From Mizuhopecten yessoensis (lineage: Eukaryota), in assembly GCF_002113885.1 (NCBI RefSeq), contig NW_018404790.1, positions 741,666 to 805,665 on the forward strand: 64,000 nt of DNA. The letters are read 5' to 3'. Within the stretch, counting starts at the first letter, position 1. Each line of letters opens with the position of its first letter. Both the position numbers and the translations under genes were made by a program. Below, piece after piece: positions 24,170 through 36,179 of the stretch. Under the pieces are notes generated by a model. The model did no database searches. It was not told the DNA's origin and saw only the letters and a list, made by a program, of their open reading frames with translations.

Positions 24170-24760
24170 TACGTAAAATGTTGTGCATCGAGGTGTTTGT
24201 TTTTATTCTGACTCTTTATTACGGAGTTATGACCCTTTGTTGAAAAATCATTGTCCAGACAACTCCTCAAAAACCACTGGGACAATTTCAACGTAAGTTT
24301 CAGATATGATACAATCCCCCGATGTTGTGCATTCAGGTATTATTTTTTTATTCTGACCCTTTTTATGGAATCATGATCTTTGCTGAAAAATCCTTGTCAG
24401 TTTAACTTCTCCTAAACTTCTGTGCCGATTTCAACGAAAGTTAGCAGATATGGGATCAACTCCCTGACGTTTTGCATCTAGGTGTATTTTTTCATTCCAA
24501 ACCCTTTTTAATGGAGTTATGGCCCTTTGTTGAAAAATCCTTTTCGTGTCTTTGCAGATATGATAATTACCCCCTGTCATCATGTAGTTGTGTACTTCCT
24601 ATTTATTATTTCAATTGTTTCATCTCCATTTAGGAACTCTTTTAGGGGGAACAATTTTTCCGTATTTCATTTTTTTGATATGGCGGCTTATGTATCTGTG
24701 TATTGGATGGTGGAACACACAAAGTAGGTCAATGTGACCTGTTGTTTACTCTTTTTACCT
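24170..24760 (+). repeat. Degenerate ~145-bp tandem repeats (HINE internal satellite remnant)
   Basis: ggagttatg(a/g)ccctttgttgaaaaatc at ~24223, ~24367 and ~24513. Confidence 0.65.
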
Positions 24761-25299
24761 CAGCCTCTCAAAAGTTTGTTTGGGTCATATCTTTTACTAG
24801 TTCACCTGGACTTACCAGATTTGGTAAGCAAATATGTTTTGACACGGGGAGTAAAATAAGTATATACAAAAATAGGTGTTCAGCTCAGTAAATAAACAAA
24901 TGATTAATGGTTGGGATAACATTTTGCCTTTGACTTACAGCTCTAGTTAGAACAGTATTACCCTGGCAACTGGTTACAAGCGTACCCCGAACTAGATTTG
25001 TTAAATGAAAGAAGAGGCAGAAACTCTTGTGTTATGTGACTATTTTTTTATTTACACATATCTCTCTGACATGACTTTGTGTACAATTGTCTGCGTTTGG
25101 CACTTTGGTTCAATAGCTGGAGACGTGTCATATCGGCTTCAAAACTTATGACGTCATGACATTGCGCATGCGTGCACAATCTTTTTACGTCGGTCATAAA
25201 TAGTCCGTGTAAATTCGTGTGTTGTTTTTCATTTCCATTATAAACATATTGATACGGTACTGAAAATGTTCACCGTCTCCGCCTGTTTGATGATGTTTC

Positions 25300-27863
25300 T
25301 TAATTCTTGAAATGTATAAAGCATCCGCCACAAGCCTCCGTCAATGGCTGTACGCAGCAATTGATCATCATGGCGTAGATCTTCTGGCAGAGTCCACAGT
25401 TGATCTCGAAGACCTTCATGCATGGGGTGATGAACCAGATATGGTAGAAAGCAATGTAGGCGAACTCACAGCCCCATTCCGCTGCAATACAGATACCACA
25501 GAAGAGGGTGAGGAGTTTGTAGCAGAGTCCCTTCCACAATTCGAAACATGTGTAGGACAGCTTCCAGACGCAGTCGATACTGTGGGTACCATCGGGCTCA
25601 CCCAGGACATCGTTAAACAGCAAAGTCTAAAAACAAAATGAAGACTATTTACCATATTACCATTAATACCATCATAATCAACCGGTAAATTCCCCCTCCT
25701 TTCACCCTTTCCCTCACTACTTCCCATTCCCCTTGCTGTTTTCATGTCAAACAGTAAATTGTCTATGAATGCATGCTGAACATTTTTGTCATCACGTGTT
25801 ATATCTTAAGTGTAACTGTGTGTTGCATTTTCGGAAGAGGGCCTAGTAAGTTGTCAGAACTTGTACCCAATCCGGTAAAAATGGGGGTTGGGGTGATAAC
25901 AATCCTTAGCGTTGTCCGATAAAACGAAATTACAAAGCAGTTTCAGTAACGAATAATATTAAGGTGTACCATATTTAAATTAATTTCCGTTTCAATAGAT
26001 ATTTCAATAGATGTTTAAATAGGAGCACGGTAATATTTAAGTATTTATATCAGTATAATCATTGTTTAAATGTTTTATTTTATCTTTTTTTCTCTGTGTC
26101 GTTTCCCTAGGGGAATTTTAAACGAGTTAAATCCGATTATCAAGATATCAGTTCAATTTGTATTACTTTGAGTCCTACGGTGCATAAGTACATTGTAAGT
26201 CGTCAGCTCGCGCCACCGTTCTTACCTTTAGGTATTTTTAAACTGAGTACGGGTGGAAAGTGGCCATTTTACACTCTTTTGTAATAAATTAAAACAGTGA
26301 CATGTACAACTTATTTATGGGCTATTCTAAGATATCTAGTAAGAATGGACCATGGTTTATTTATTTTTTGTTTGTTTAATATTTATTTACTCATTCATTT
26401 ATTTTTTATTTTTGTTTATTTATTTATGTATTTATTGATTGCTCTCGGTGGACAGCAATCGTATTAATTTATGCGAGTGGTTACCCGTAGTATTATTTTT
26501 GGTGTAAAATTTTCTTATTTCAGAAAGAAAATTCCATGTGTATAATCTCCGTATATCAGTAAAATAAGGGCACTTAAAAATGAAATCAAGTAGGTAATCT
26601 ATATCCCCATTAACAAAAGAATTCATTTTATATTTCGATCATTCTATATAATATATTTGACGATATTTTAATTTTGGTATTAATTATAACCTAATTTATG
26701 TAGAAAAATATATAGGTTTGTTCAGCACATTACCTTTGTAGTTCCCCTGTTTGTGGAATGTTATACTTTTTTTTATCTCTAATATTGTTAAAAATGTCAT
26801 AGTTATCCATGGTATTATTTTTGGTGTAAAATTTCCTTATTTCAGAAAGAAAATTTCGTGTGTATAATCTCCGTATATCAGTTAAAATAAGGGCACTTAA
26901 AAATTAAATTAAGAAGGTAATTGATCTATATCTTTAATATTGTTAAAGATGTCAGATATCGTCAGCATGATTGTGATAGAATGATCATCATTAGTTTTCT
27001 GGACTTGCCATATACTGAGCGAATTCGGATCAATCCACAGATAATTTTACACACCCCACTCTTTACCATTTACCCCAGTTTCATTTAACTGAGAATTTCT
27101 AAAGCAGAGTGTTCAGTTTTAACCAATATCTGATAACAGATCAATGTACTCGTTATTTGAAGCGGTAAGATTCCCAATTCCCGTGCATCTTCCCTTCTCG
27201 TCCCCACAAATGTCTTCAGTCACTTACCTCAGTTCAATTTGATTTCGATATTGGTTAGTTCGATATTTTTGTCGAAGATTTGTTTTATGTTTTTCATTAT
27301 TTAAACTTAAATACGACATTAGCATTTTTTCGTGTTTTTACTATAATCCTATAAGCTAAGTTTATTTCTTATTCTGGTCTCGCAGAAAGCTTTCTGCAAT
27401 GGACTCATGAATACACGAAAAATAAGTATAATAATACGTTTTCTATCCCGTATACAATTATGCTTGATTTTTTTTCTTCTTAATATTTGGTGCTTTTGCC
27501 GCTCTGTGATTTGAGCAAAATTCTTAATTTTACAGTTAGTATCTAGTTGAGTTTTAGGACAATTTTTATGCTATGTACTAAAATAACATTTCACGACAAA
27601 TTACTGCTTCTGATCTTATTGGGGGGAAAACATGAATACATTTATCCGAAATTCATCACAGACCGAGTCCTGTTTTTTACTGGCTAAAATTTACTATTTA
27701 TTACAATAATAATACTAAACGTACAGAACTTCAAAAGAGGAAATAAACATTTAGGTATTATTTAAAATTAAACAAATCATAGAGTAATAAAATAACTTAC
27801 CCCCAAATGGGCGTTAAGGCCGTTGGGATCCCTGGCTACTAAATCAACTTGGTCGTCCGACAT
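25300..27863 (-). CDS. CAV: Caveolin-like protein, copy D, 129 aa; complement(join(25300..25626,27801..27863))
   Basis: MSDDQVDLVARDPNGLNAHLG|gtaagt ... ttttag|TLLFNDVLGEPDGTHSIDCVWK...FIHFKN-TAA; same structure with a longer (about 2.2 kb) intron. Confidence 0.95.
26432..26925 (-). mobile_element. Decayed LINE 3' remnant with local ~110-bp duplication, in intron of caveolin copy D
   Basis: FIFKCPYFTDIRRLY...KLIRLLSTE resembles the C-terminus of the LINE at 20176-20514; 26490-26600 is repeated at 26812-26920. Confidence 0.55.
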
Positions 27864-28529
27864 GGCTGCGTTGTACGATGCGTGTCCTTTTAGTGTCCGT
27901 CACGAAGTGGTGATAGTAAAAACGGTGCAGTGTACTCTGTCGTCTGTAGCAACCACAGGTTTGTTCTTTAGTTACCGAAAGAGGATTAAATCATTAACGC
28001 TATGTCGGAGTTGATCACCCTCGCTTATGTTGTTAAGCTGTTGTGTATATATAGTAGCGGGTCCCGTCACGTTTGTAAGTACGTTTTGGCCATTCAGTGT
28101 TCAATGGCGAGGCTTTTAGATTAAATAAATACCTTCAATCACTATAACAAGAGAAGGAATTAGTTAATAAAAATATGTCAGACCATAAAATTGTAAAAAG
28201 TGCTTTATATGAAGCCAAATTAAGCTATACTATAGAAGGTTGTATAGAAAAACGAAGAATAAAAACAACATTCTAAACAAGAGATATTCTTTTATAGGAT
28301 AAACGGTAGAGTTTTCATGGTTTTGTCATGAGTCTGAAATAGCTGTGTACCTATGACATTGCTTAAAACAAGACGAATAGGACATTAAAGATATTAATAA
28401 TTGGAACAAAAACATTGCACACTATGAAGGGTGTCACGATACGCCAAGAGTGTATCGTGTACGATATTATTCAATTATAGCCTTTGACTGAGGTCAATAC
28501 CTGGATTTATCAACCCGAGAAAAGATATA

Positions 28530-29092
28530 TTAACAGTGTAACAGACTTCGATCTATAAATAGAAAAGTGATGCAAACCGCTACTAAAAATAGACCTGCGT
28601 AATTTCCCAGACATCGAATCAGCTGCAGACCTCGTTCTATAAATAGAAAAGTGTTACAAACCACGACCTATAAATAGAAAAGTGATGCAGACCGCTACTA
28701 AAAATGGGCCTAGGTAATTTCCCATCTAGTCTGTTATTCTGTTACCAATCACACTGCTGAATTCAACTACTAATGAATTAGCTCATCAAGTTCTGAACTA
28801 TGTAATTATTGATGATGTCGATTGTGCAAATAATATTTACTTCAGAAATTCAAGTTTTTGTGTATGTTATTTTGTATTTGAAGTCCTCTCTGTGATTCCA
28901 AAATGGTTCACGCCCTCCATGTGTTTACGACATAAAACAATATTAATCTCATGGTAAAATGCCATATAATAAAACAATTGTGGACTCCAGTTTCGGTCTA
29001 TCCCTAATTTACGGACCTGGTCTGAACAATATTGTTCATACCAGGTTCGTAAATCAGGGATAGACCTCACATGAAGTCCATAATTGTATAAT
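28530..29092 (+). mobile_element. Second copy of the 21520-22142 element (hairpin loop deleted, small insertion)
   Basis: Long near-identical stretches, e.g. ctgttaccaatcaca..ctgaattcaactac and cagtttcggtctatccct..tttacggacctggtctgaacaatatt. Confidence 0.8.
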
Positions 29093-29216
29093 ATTGTTTT
29101 AATATTTGAAATGATTGCTATGCTTGTTGCAGCTGCAGATCTCATAAAGGTTGGAAGAAATACATAACAAAGGATATCGTGAGATATGATAATTTGTGGA
29201 ACCTGATAATTTGTTA

Positions 29217-29393
29217 CAGCTATATTTGGATCTAAACTAAGGTGTTCAGAGTAATTTTACGCGTTTTAGTGGTTTAGATCAACTTTAGGATATATCATCA
29301 TTAGGGGTGGATTTTTTTTACCGGAAGTCGATTTAATTCCTTAAAACGTGTAAGATAACTCTTAACGCCTCACTTTAGGTCCAAATATAGCTG
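29217..29393. mobile_element. Tc1/mariner-type MITE, TA-flanked
   Basis: TA|cagctatatttgga ... tccaaatatagctg|TA with degenerate internal complementarity. Confidence 0.7.
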
Positions 29394-32244
29394 TAACAAA
29401 TGCTCACGTCCCTGTGCGAAGGGGTAGGGGGCGGGGAGTAACCTGTATAGGTGGGTACTGACTTACTTGTATACCTTACAGCGATAGGCTGGGTTAGTTG
29501 ACATGGTGGCCAAGATTGGGTACAGTCCATCATAATCAGAATCCCATATGTCCACAAGTGAATGGTCAGTGGACGGTCAGTGGACGGTCATTGAGACGTA
29601 TAAAGCCAGTGGTGTGTACGTGTCTCGGCAAAAGAACAATTGGTCAGGTAAACACCGCCTCCTTAGGACGTAACCGGTGTGTAATTAGTGGAGATGGGAC
29701 GAATTGGATTTGAGCAAATGTATACACTGTAGCAGCTGTCGGTGCTTCACTTGAGGAAAACTTCTATTTTATTTCTAGGTATACTTAGAAATAGAATAGA
29801 ATCTTGTTGTATTATTTTTATCTAAAAGATAATAAAAATAATTTAGATAAAAATAATGCAACAATATACTGTCCACATTATATCATGTCCGCCTGATGTT
29901 AAATGTAAGCTCGGAATAAGATTTAATTGCTATCTACGTCCGTGGTTGTACGCAGGATTTGTTGTTGACAGAGGGAGGTAACTCTAGCTTACCTCATTGA
30001 GAAGTCCGGTAAAATTGTAACAACACAATGATTTGACAATGAGCAATAACGATGAGCATATATATGTTTTAAGAGTTGATAGTGTATACTTCCCTGCTTC
30101 ATTCAAATATCTTGCATTTGTTTTAGACTTAAAATATTACAAATACCCTCATAACAAAAAAAACCTACTTTTCCCTTGCATGGGCAGTTCAATATGTAAA
30201 CAGCATTAGTTACATAAACCACGGATTTTATTTGTCGCAGGTTATTCCGAGCGTTAACGTTGAAAATAAACATTTAGCATTTGTAACCGCTTGGTCAAAA
30301 ATACCATATTTTAAGATCATCTGTCACTAGGCACTTAACCATTGTTGAACCTTTTTTTTTTAATTATTTACCTTATTCGCGTAGGAACTTATTGAAAACC
30401 TACATAAAAATACAATATGTTTACGTAAAATGTAAAGAAGGAAGAATTATAACTATGAAATATGGTATTACATGTATAAAGGTACAGCATGGTAAAATGT
30501 GAAGACCCTTATATGGGTATAATTTCAAGCTCAAGTAATAACTTCAATATCATACGAAAAGAATTGGCTGCCCAAGGGCGTAAATCTACTTTTGTATTAT
30601 TCTTGTTCTCTTAATTTACAATTAAATATCAAAACAATGCTCCATCTTTTTGATATCGTACTTATTATGGAAGTCAAATCTGGAGGTAAAATACAAAAAA
30701 GGTTCATCTGAACTTTTTGCAAGAAATTATTTGTGAAAATGTCATAAAATCATAATATGATATACTGTTAATTATGAAGCTTCCCCTTGGAGGTAACCAG
30801 CAACCGGTTTAGAAGGATAACATATAATATTACGGATTTTTATATAATGAAATCTTTATTGTTTCAAACAGTTATGGGTTTTAGTAAACTTCTGTGGTGG
30901 TAGAAATGTTTGTATTGGTTAACACTGTAAGGGTTGGTATTTATACAATTTAGGAGTTTTGGAGATACATGTATTTGGTTAAATCTCTACAGTGTTGGAA
31001 ACCAAAAGGTAATTATGATATAGAGATACAATTATTGATCAGGGTGAACAACCTTCGATAGATAGTTCGCCGAATTGTTTCCATGTAAACGACTTTTGGT
31101 ACAATATTTTCTCATCAACGTTCCAGTAAAGTATAGAATATGTCTGACCAGATTAAGTACTTCTTAACATTAATTGGCACTGTAAGATATAAAAAAAAAA
31201 TACTAGAGAACTACGAGATCGGAAGGAATGCAACCCACATAAATGAAAGATGAATTTTACTTTCTATAAATATGTAGTAAATTTCCAAATCTTAGAGCGC
31301 GGTTAATTGAAAAAAAAAAAAAATATTGAAAAAAATCTGTCTGAAATGCTATTCAGTTGTTTACAAGTGTCAAATATAGAAAACAGCTATGTATGTTAGG
31401 GAAATTAACTTTGAATTCAGGATTCAGAACCCCTTAACTAATTATCTTGTATATAATGCACATCGATCATCTCTATATATTCTCTAAACATTGCCTTTTG
31501 CATATCTTGTACTTACTGATGGGCCCACGGCTCAAAGTTTGAATAAATCTTGACATTTGCGATGTAATGAAAAGTGAAGATTACAAAATCATTTTTCCTT
31601 TCTTTGTCCGCACGAAATCAGCTTGAAAATAAAATTTTGTAGGAACAACTATCAAAATAAAACAACATTCAATCAACTGTGATTGCATAAGTTGAAAATT
31701 ATAGACAACGAATTAACATTTTATGTTTAAAAAATAATTGATATCAAGGTAAGTTAATGAGGTTTTACTTAAAAGAACTTGAACTTGAACTTCTTATCAA
31801 CAATAATTAAAGATTGGATTGACATGCAGTTAGCTTTATTAGTATATTACAGCTGTGATGTTATAATAATTCATAATTGTAAAAAAAAACCATAACTATT
31901 TTGACTTCTGATAGATAATTGAAATAAACGTATCCTTTTTACCTTTTAATATATGTATACCATCTCCTGACGTGTCATGGAATAATATTCGTTAAGTAAA
32001 GTTTTAAGTTTCACAAGAAGTATTGCATTGTGTATCTGGATGTGGGACGGTCGGGTGGGCCGGGTGGGACGGGTGGGGGTACTATGAGTAATCGTCTGTA
32101 TACTGGATACTGTATTCACCTACATCTTTTTGAAACAGACTTTAACCAATTTGTTATTAGGTGTGAAGAAAGAAATGTATGCTAGTTAACTAGGTATTTC
32201 AGAAATATATGCTAGGCGAGACTAAACCTATTTCATATGTCACT

Positions 32245-32398
32245 CACAGGGGCACGTTACAAATGTCTGAAATACACACATATGCTATACTGATATGGGC
32301 CACAACACACATAAAGATACATGTATGTTTATGTGAGTTGTGACCCATATCAGCATAGCATATGTGTGTATTTCAGACATTTGTAACGTGCCCCTGTG
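32245..32398. mobile_element. 154-bp near-perfect palindromic MITE with 7-bp TSD (tgtcact)
   Basis: cacaggggcacgttacaaatgtctgaaatacacacatatgctat ... atagcatatgtgtgtatttcagacatttgtaacgtgcccctgtg; tgtcact at 32238-32244 and 32399-32405. Confidence 0.9.
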
Positions 32399-35300
32399 TG
32401 TCACTCGACCCGGGACGTTTCGCCTATCGATAAAGAGTGTATACACACTGTGTCGAATAGTGTTTTGTTTGTCTTTCTTGTTTTATTTGATTCTCTATAT
32501 TTGAATTCAAATACTCGTTACAAAGAACTGTAATTCTGTAAAACAGCAGCGTAATGTGTGATGTGTATGGAACATTTCTATAGAAAGGGACTTATACAAC
32601 TAATCGATGATAGTGACAAAGAAACTTATCCTTGGTGGTAGTTTTTCTCTCTCTAAAGTTGAGCTAATTACATTCAGCCTTTAACACAAAGAAACGTTGA
32701 TACATGAAATTCAGTTTTACTACGGTAGGTTATGTATAGAATTATGTAATAAATTCTATTAAAAATGTATACTTAAAAAAAATATATATATATATTATCA
32801 AGCAAGTTTGGGTGTTCTTTATATAACGCACAGGTATTTTGGGTTCACCACCCTTTATAATTGTCTGTGACATGCAGTGTAAGACTGTACATTTTGTATA
32901 AGAATAAATGAAGTGTAAATCAGCACATTGTTTCGTCGTTTCGCCACGAAAAAACCCGAGATTTAGTAACTTCGAATGCTCGACATTTCGTGTTTTCGCC
33001 CCGGTTGGTTATTTTTCGTCTTTACTGGGATGGGGAAAGACGAAAAACACGAGTTAGGGTTAGTTAATTCTGGCCTTCTGGCCTTTTCGCTATTTCGTCT
33101 TAATTCTTGTCTTTTCGGGGTAAAAAGACGAAAGAACCTAATTGTACCAATTAGTCAACGTACATTTTATCCTATACCAGAGTCTAGAATATTTCTCCTA
33201 ATAGACATTTTAATTACCTTCATTGTAATCAAAGATGAACATCTTCAAAAAGAAATACAATCGATAATAATATGTCACGAATATTACTAATTAGGGATAT
33301 CTAAACCACGGAATTAGATTTGCTATCTAAGTCCGTGTCTAAACCCATTAAATACCTCTTCATGTAAAACTTAATTAAAGGGTATTATCTGTTGTTGTCT
33401 CGCCGCAACGAAGGGGCAAAAGCGAGATTTAGGAGGTTTTTTCCCCGGCGACGGAAGCTCCGCAAGACATTCATATTTAGCTCCAACGTTTAGGTTCCGT
33501 TTGTACGATGCTAGGATAATCGTGCTTGGATCCCTGTTACAGATGACAACCTGGACACATTCTATGCTGCTGATGCTGAGTGTGACCTGTAACCTTTATT
33601 TCAAGGTCCATTGACTTTGCTGATACTGATTTTTCACAAATATCTTTTGAAATGTTTCTTTTGGAAATATGTCTGATTTTTTTAAAACTTTTTTTTTATT
33701 ATGTGTGTGTTTCTTTTTTAATTTTCAAAAGGACATATAATTGGAAATAAAATATTTGTTTTCAAAATGCTGTCAATTTCCTTTCTTAATCGTGTACATT
33801 ACCTGACAAAGCGAACACAGCAAGACATCCTGCAGAATTCTTGTTTTTAACACATTTACATCACTTTCATTCGCCAAGCTTTTATGCTCATCATGATCTG
33901 TGTGTGAAAGGAAGGTGTCCTTGTTTATTTCACTTGTAGCCATTTTACTCCAAGTCTGTGATTACTGAAAGTCCATACTTTATGGTATACTGTCCAATTC
34001 ATCAAAATACAAAATGTTTAAACTGATAAAAACAAATCTAATAGCAATTTTGTACAGCCAGTACGGACTTAATATTGAAGCATACAGATGATAAAAGGCA
34101 TGGATACACCTGTGTGACTCATTCAAAATTAGAACTCAATGTTCTTTAAAACCATGAAAATAACGTTTGTATCCCGAACTGATTTCTATATTCAACATGT
34201 TATATGTATATTGCAATGGTAAGTTCTGTTGTCTATGCCCCATGCCTCGTGAGTTGAAACTGTTTAAAAGTTCGACCTTGTAATTCGGTAGAATTGATTG
34301 AAGACAGTCCGGTTATAACAACGACTGGAACACTCAACATACACATCGATGATCTATATATAGGTGGCTGATATATGTGTTACCAAATCACTTCCCTTAA
34401 TTCTTGTGGCCGAGTTAAATTTAGGTATCATCGTCAGGGGCGATGGTACATTATTTTGTAGTCTAGTGGACACTGGTCACCTACCTATTGCTCTGTAATA
34501 ATACCGGTGGTCTAGGTCTTAGGTGAGGCAGAGAGGTATAATACATGTATTATACGTCTCTGGGTGAGGTAATTGACATGAGGGACGGCCCGGGTACACT
34601 ATCCAGTATACAGACGATTACTCATAGTACCCCCCCNNNNNNNNNNNNNNNNNNNNNNNNNNNNNNNNNNNNNNNNNNNNNNNNNNNNNNNNNNNNNNNN
34701 NNNNNNNNNNNNNNNNNNNNNNNNNNNNNNNNNNNNNNNNNNNNNNNNNNNNNNNNNNNNNNNNNNNNNNNNNNNNNNNNNNNNNNNNNNNNNNNNNNNN
34801 NNNNNNNNNNNNNACCCCCCACCCCCGGCCTACCCGACCCTCCCACATCCAGATACACAATGCAAGTTGCATCAAACGGTTTAGTCTCACCTAGCATATT
34901 CACATGGCAAGACACTTTATAGTACAGACTATAGTTTACCTGTAATTAAATCCTATTGTTCTCTAACTGATACCAAATCTCACCTAGCATACATAATACC
35001 AAATGTATGCTAGGTGAGACGACACCCATCAAACAGTGTCTACAGCAGTCGTCATAGACTGAACGTCCCGGGGCATACTCGAATAGATTTATTGATTGTG
35101 ATTTAGTACTCACAGGGACGTTTTATTCGTCCAATGCAAAGCAACACTGAATAGTACAACCACGGAATTATCTAAGTCCTTGGTACCACATGAAATTTAA
35201 TTTGCAATGTTTACTGGTATTGGAGATAACTTGGACGTTTCTTTAATTCTAACACAGTATATATATACGTATCTGATTAATAGGTGTCCGTAACAAAATA

Positions 35301-36179
35301 AAACTTAGCTCCAGGGATGAAGCCCGGATCCCCGGGGGGTAGGGGTATAGGAGGCGAAGACCACACCCTTCCCACAGAAGCTGTATATATTTTTAAGCAT
35401 GGCAGGACCAGAAAATATCAGTTATCTGCGAAGTTATGTGTCAATAATAACCACGCTAGATCAGTTTGTTAGATAATCCACAGAATTAGATTAGATTGTT
35501 ATCTAAGTCCGTGGATAATCTAATTCCGTGGTTATAATAGCTGGTGAAATGGCATATGATAGCTAATCAAACTTTCGTTATCGTGGATTTAAACAATGTC
35601 CTTTGGTTCCCATTACATTTCTACAGGGACACGGTACCTAAGTTAAAAACTAGAGTTTACGAACCATCACTGGAGTTGAGGCTATTAATTACATAATTTT
35701 CTGTCAATCTTACATAATCGAAGATAGAGAAAGTCGATCTAACGTTATATATATAGGACTTATTCGTTGTAAAAAGTATTTTCTTTATGATGCATTTCAT
35801 GGTAAAGTTAATCTTTTAGTGTGTTCCAGCCGCGGACTCATTGGTTCCTTAAGAATAGTCAAAAGGTGCGATTTAATATAATATTCTTAGTCCCAGAAAG
35901 ACGGAAAGGGCGGGCTACCGTTAGACCCAATAGAATGGACGGGTATTGGGCAGATATTATAAAGCATCAGTCTAAATCAGTGAGCAGCAAGACAGCTAGC
36001 GAGGTGGAGATGGTGAGAGGATTCTGTCAATATTACTGTACACTTGGGTATACTTCGTAAGATCATATTCCGAAGCTATCAGACGCTGTGATACACGCGT
36101 TCACACTCACATCACTTCACTGGAGTGATTATTGCCGAAAGGGGAAATAAGAGTGAAAACGAGGCTGTAGGTATTCAAC

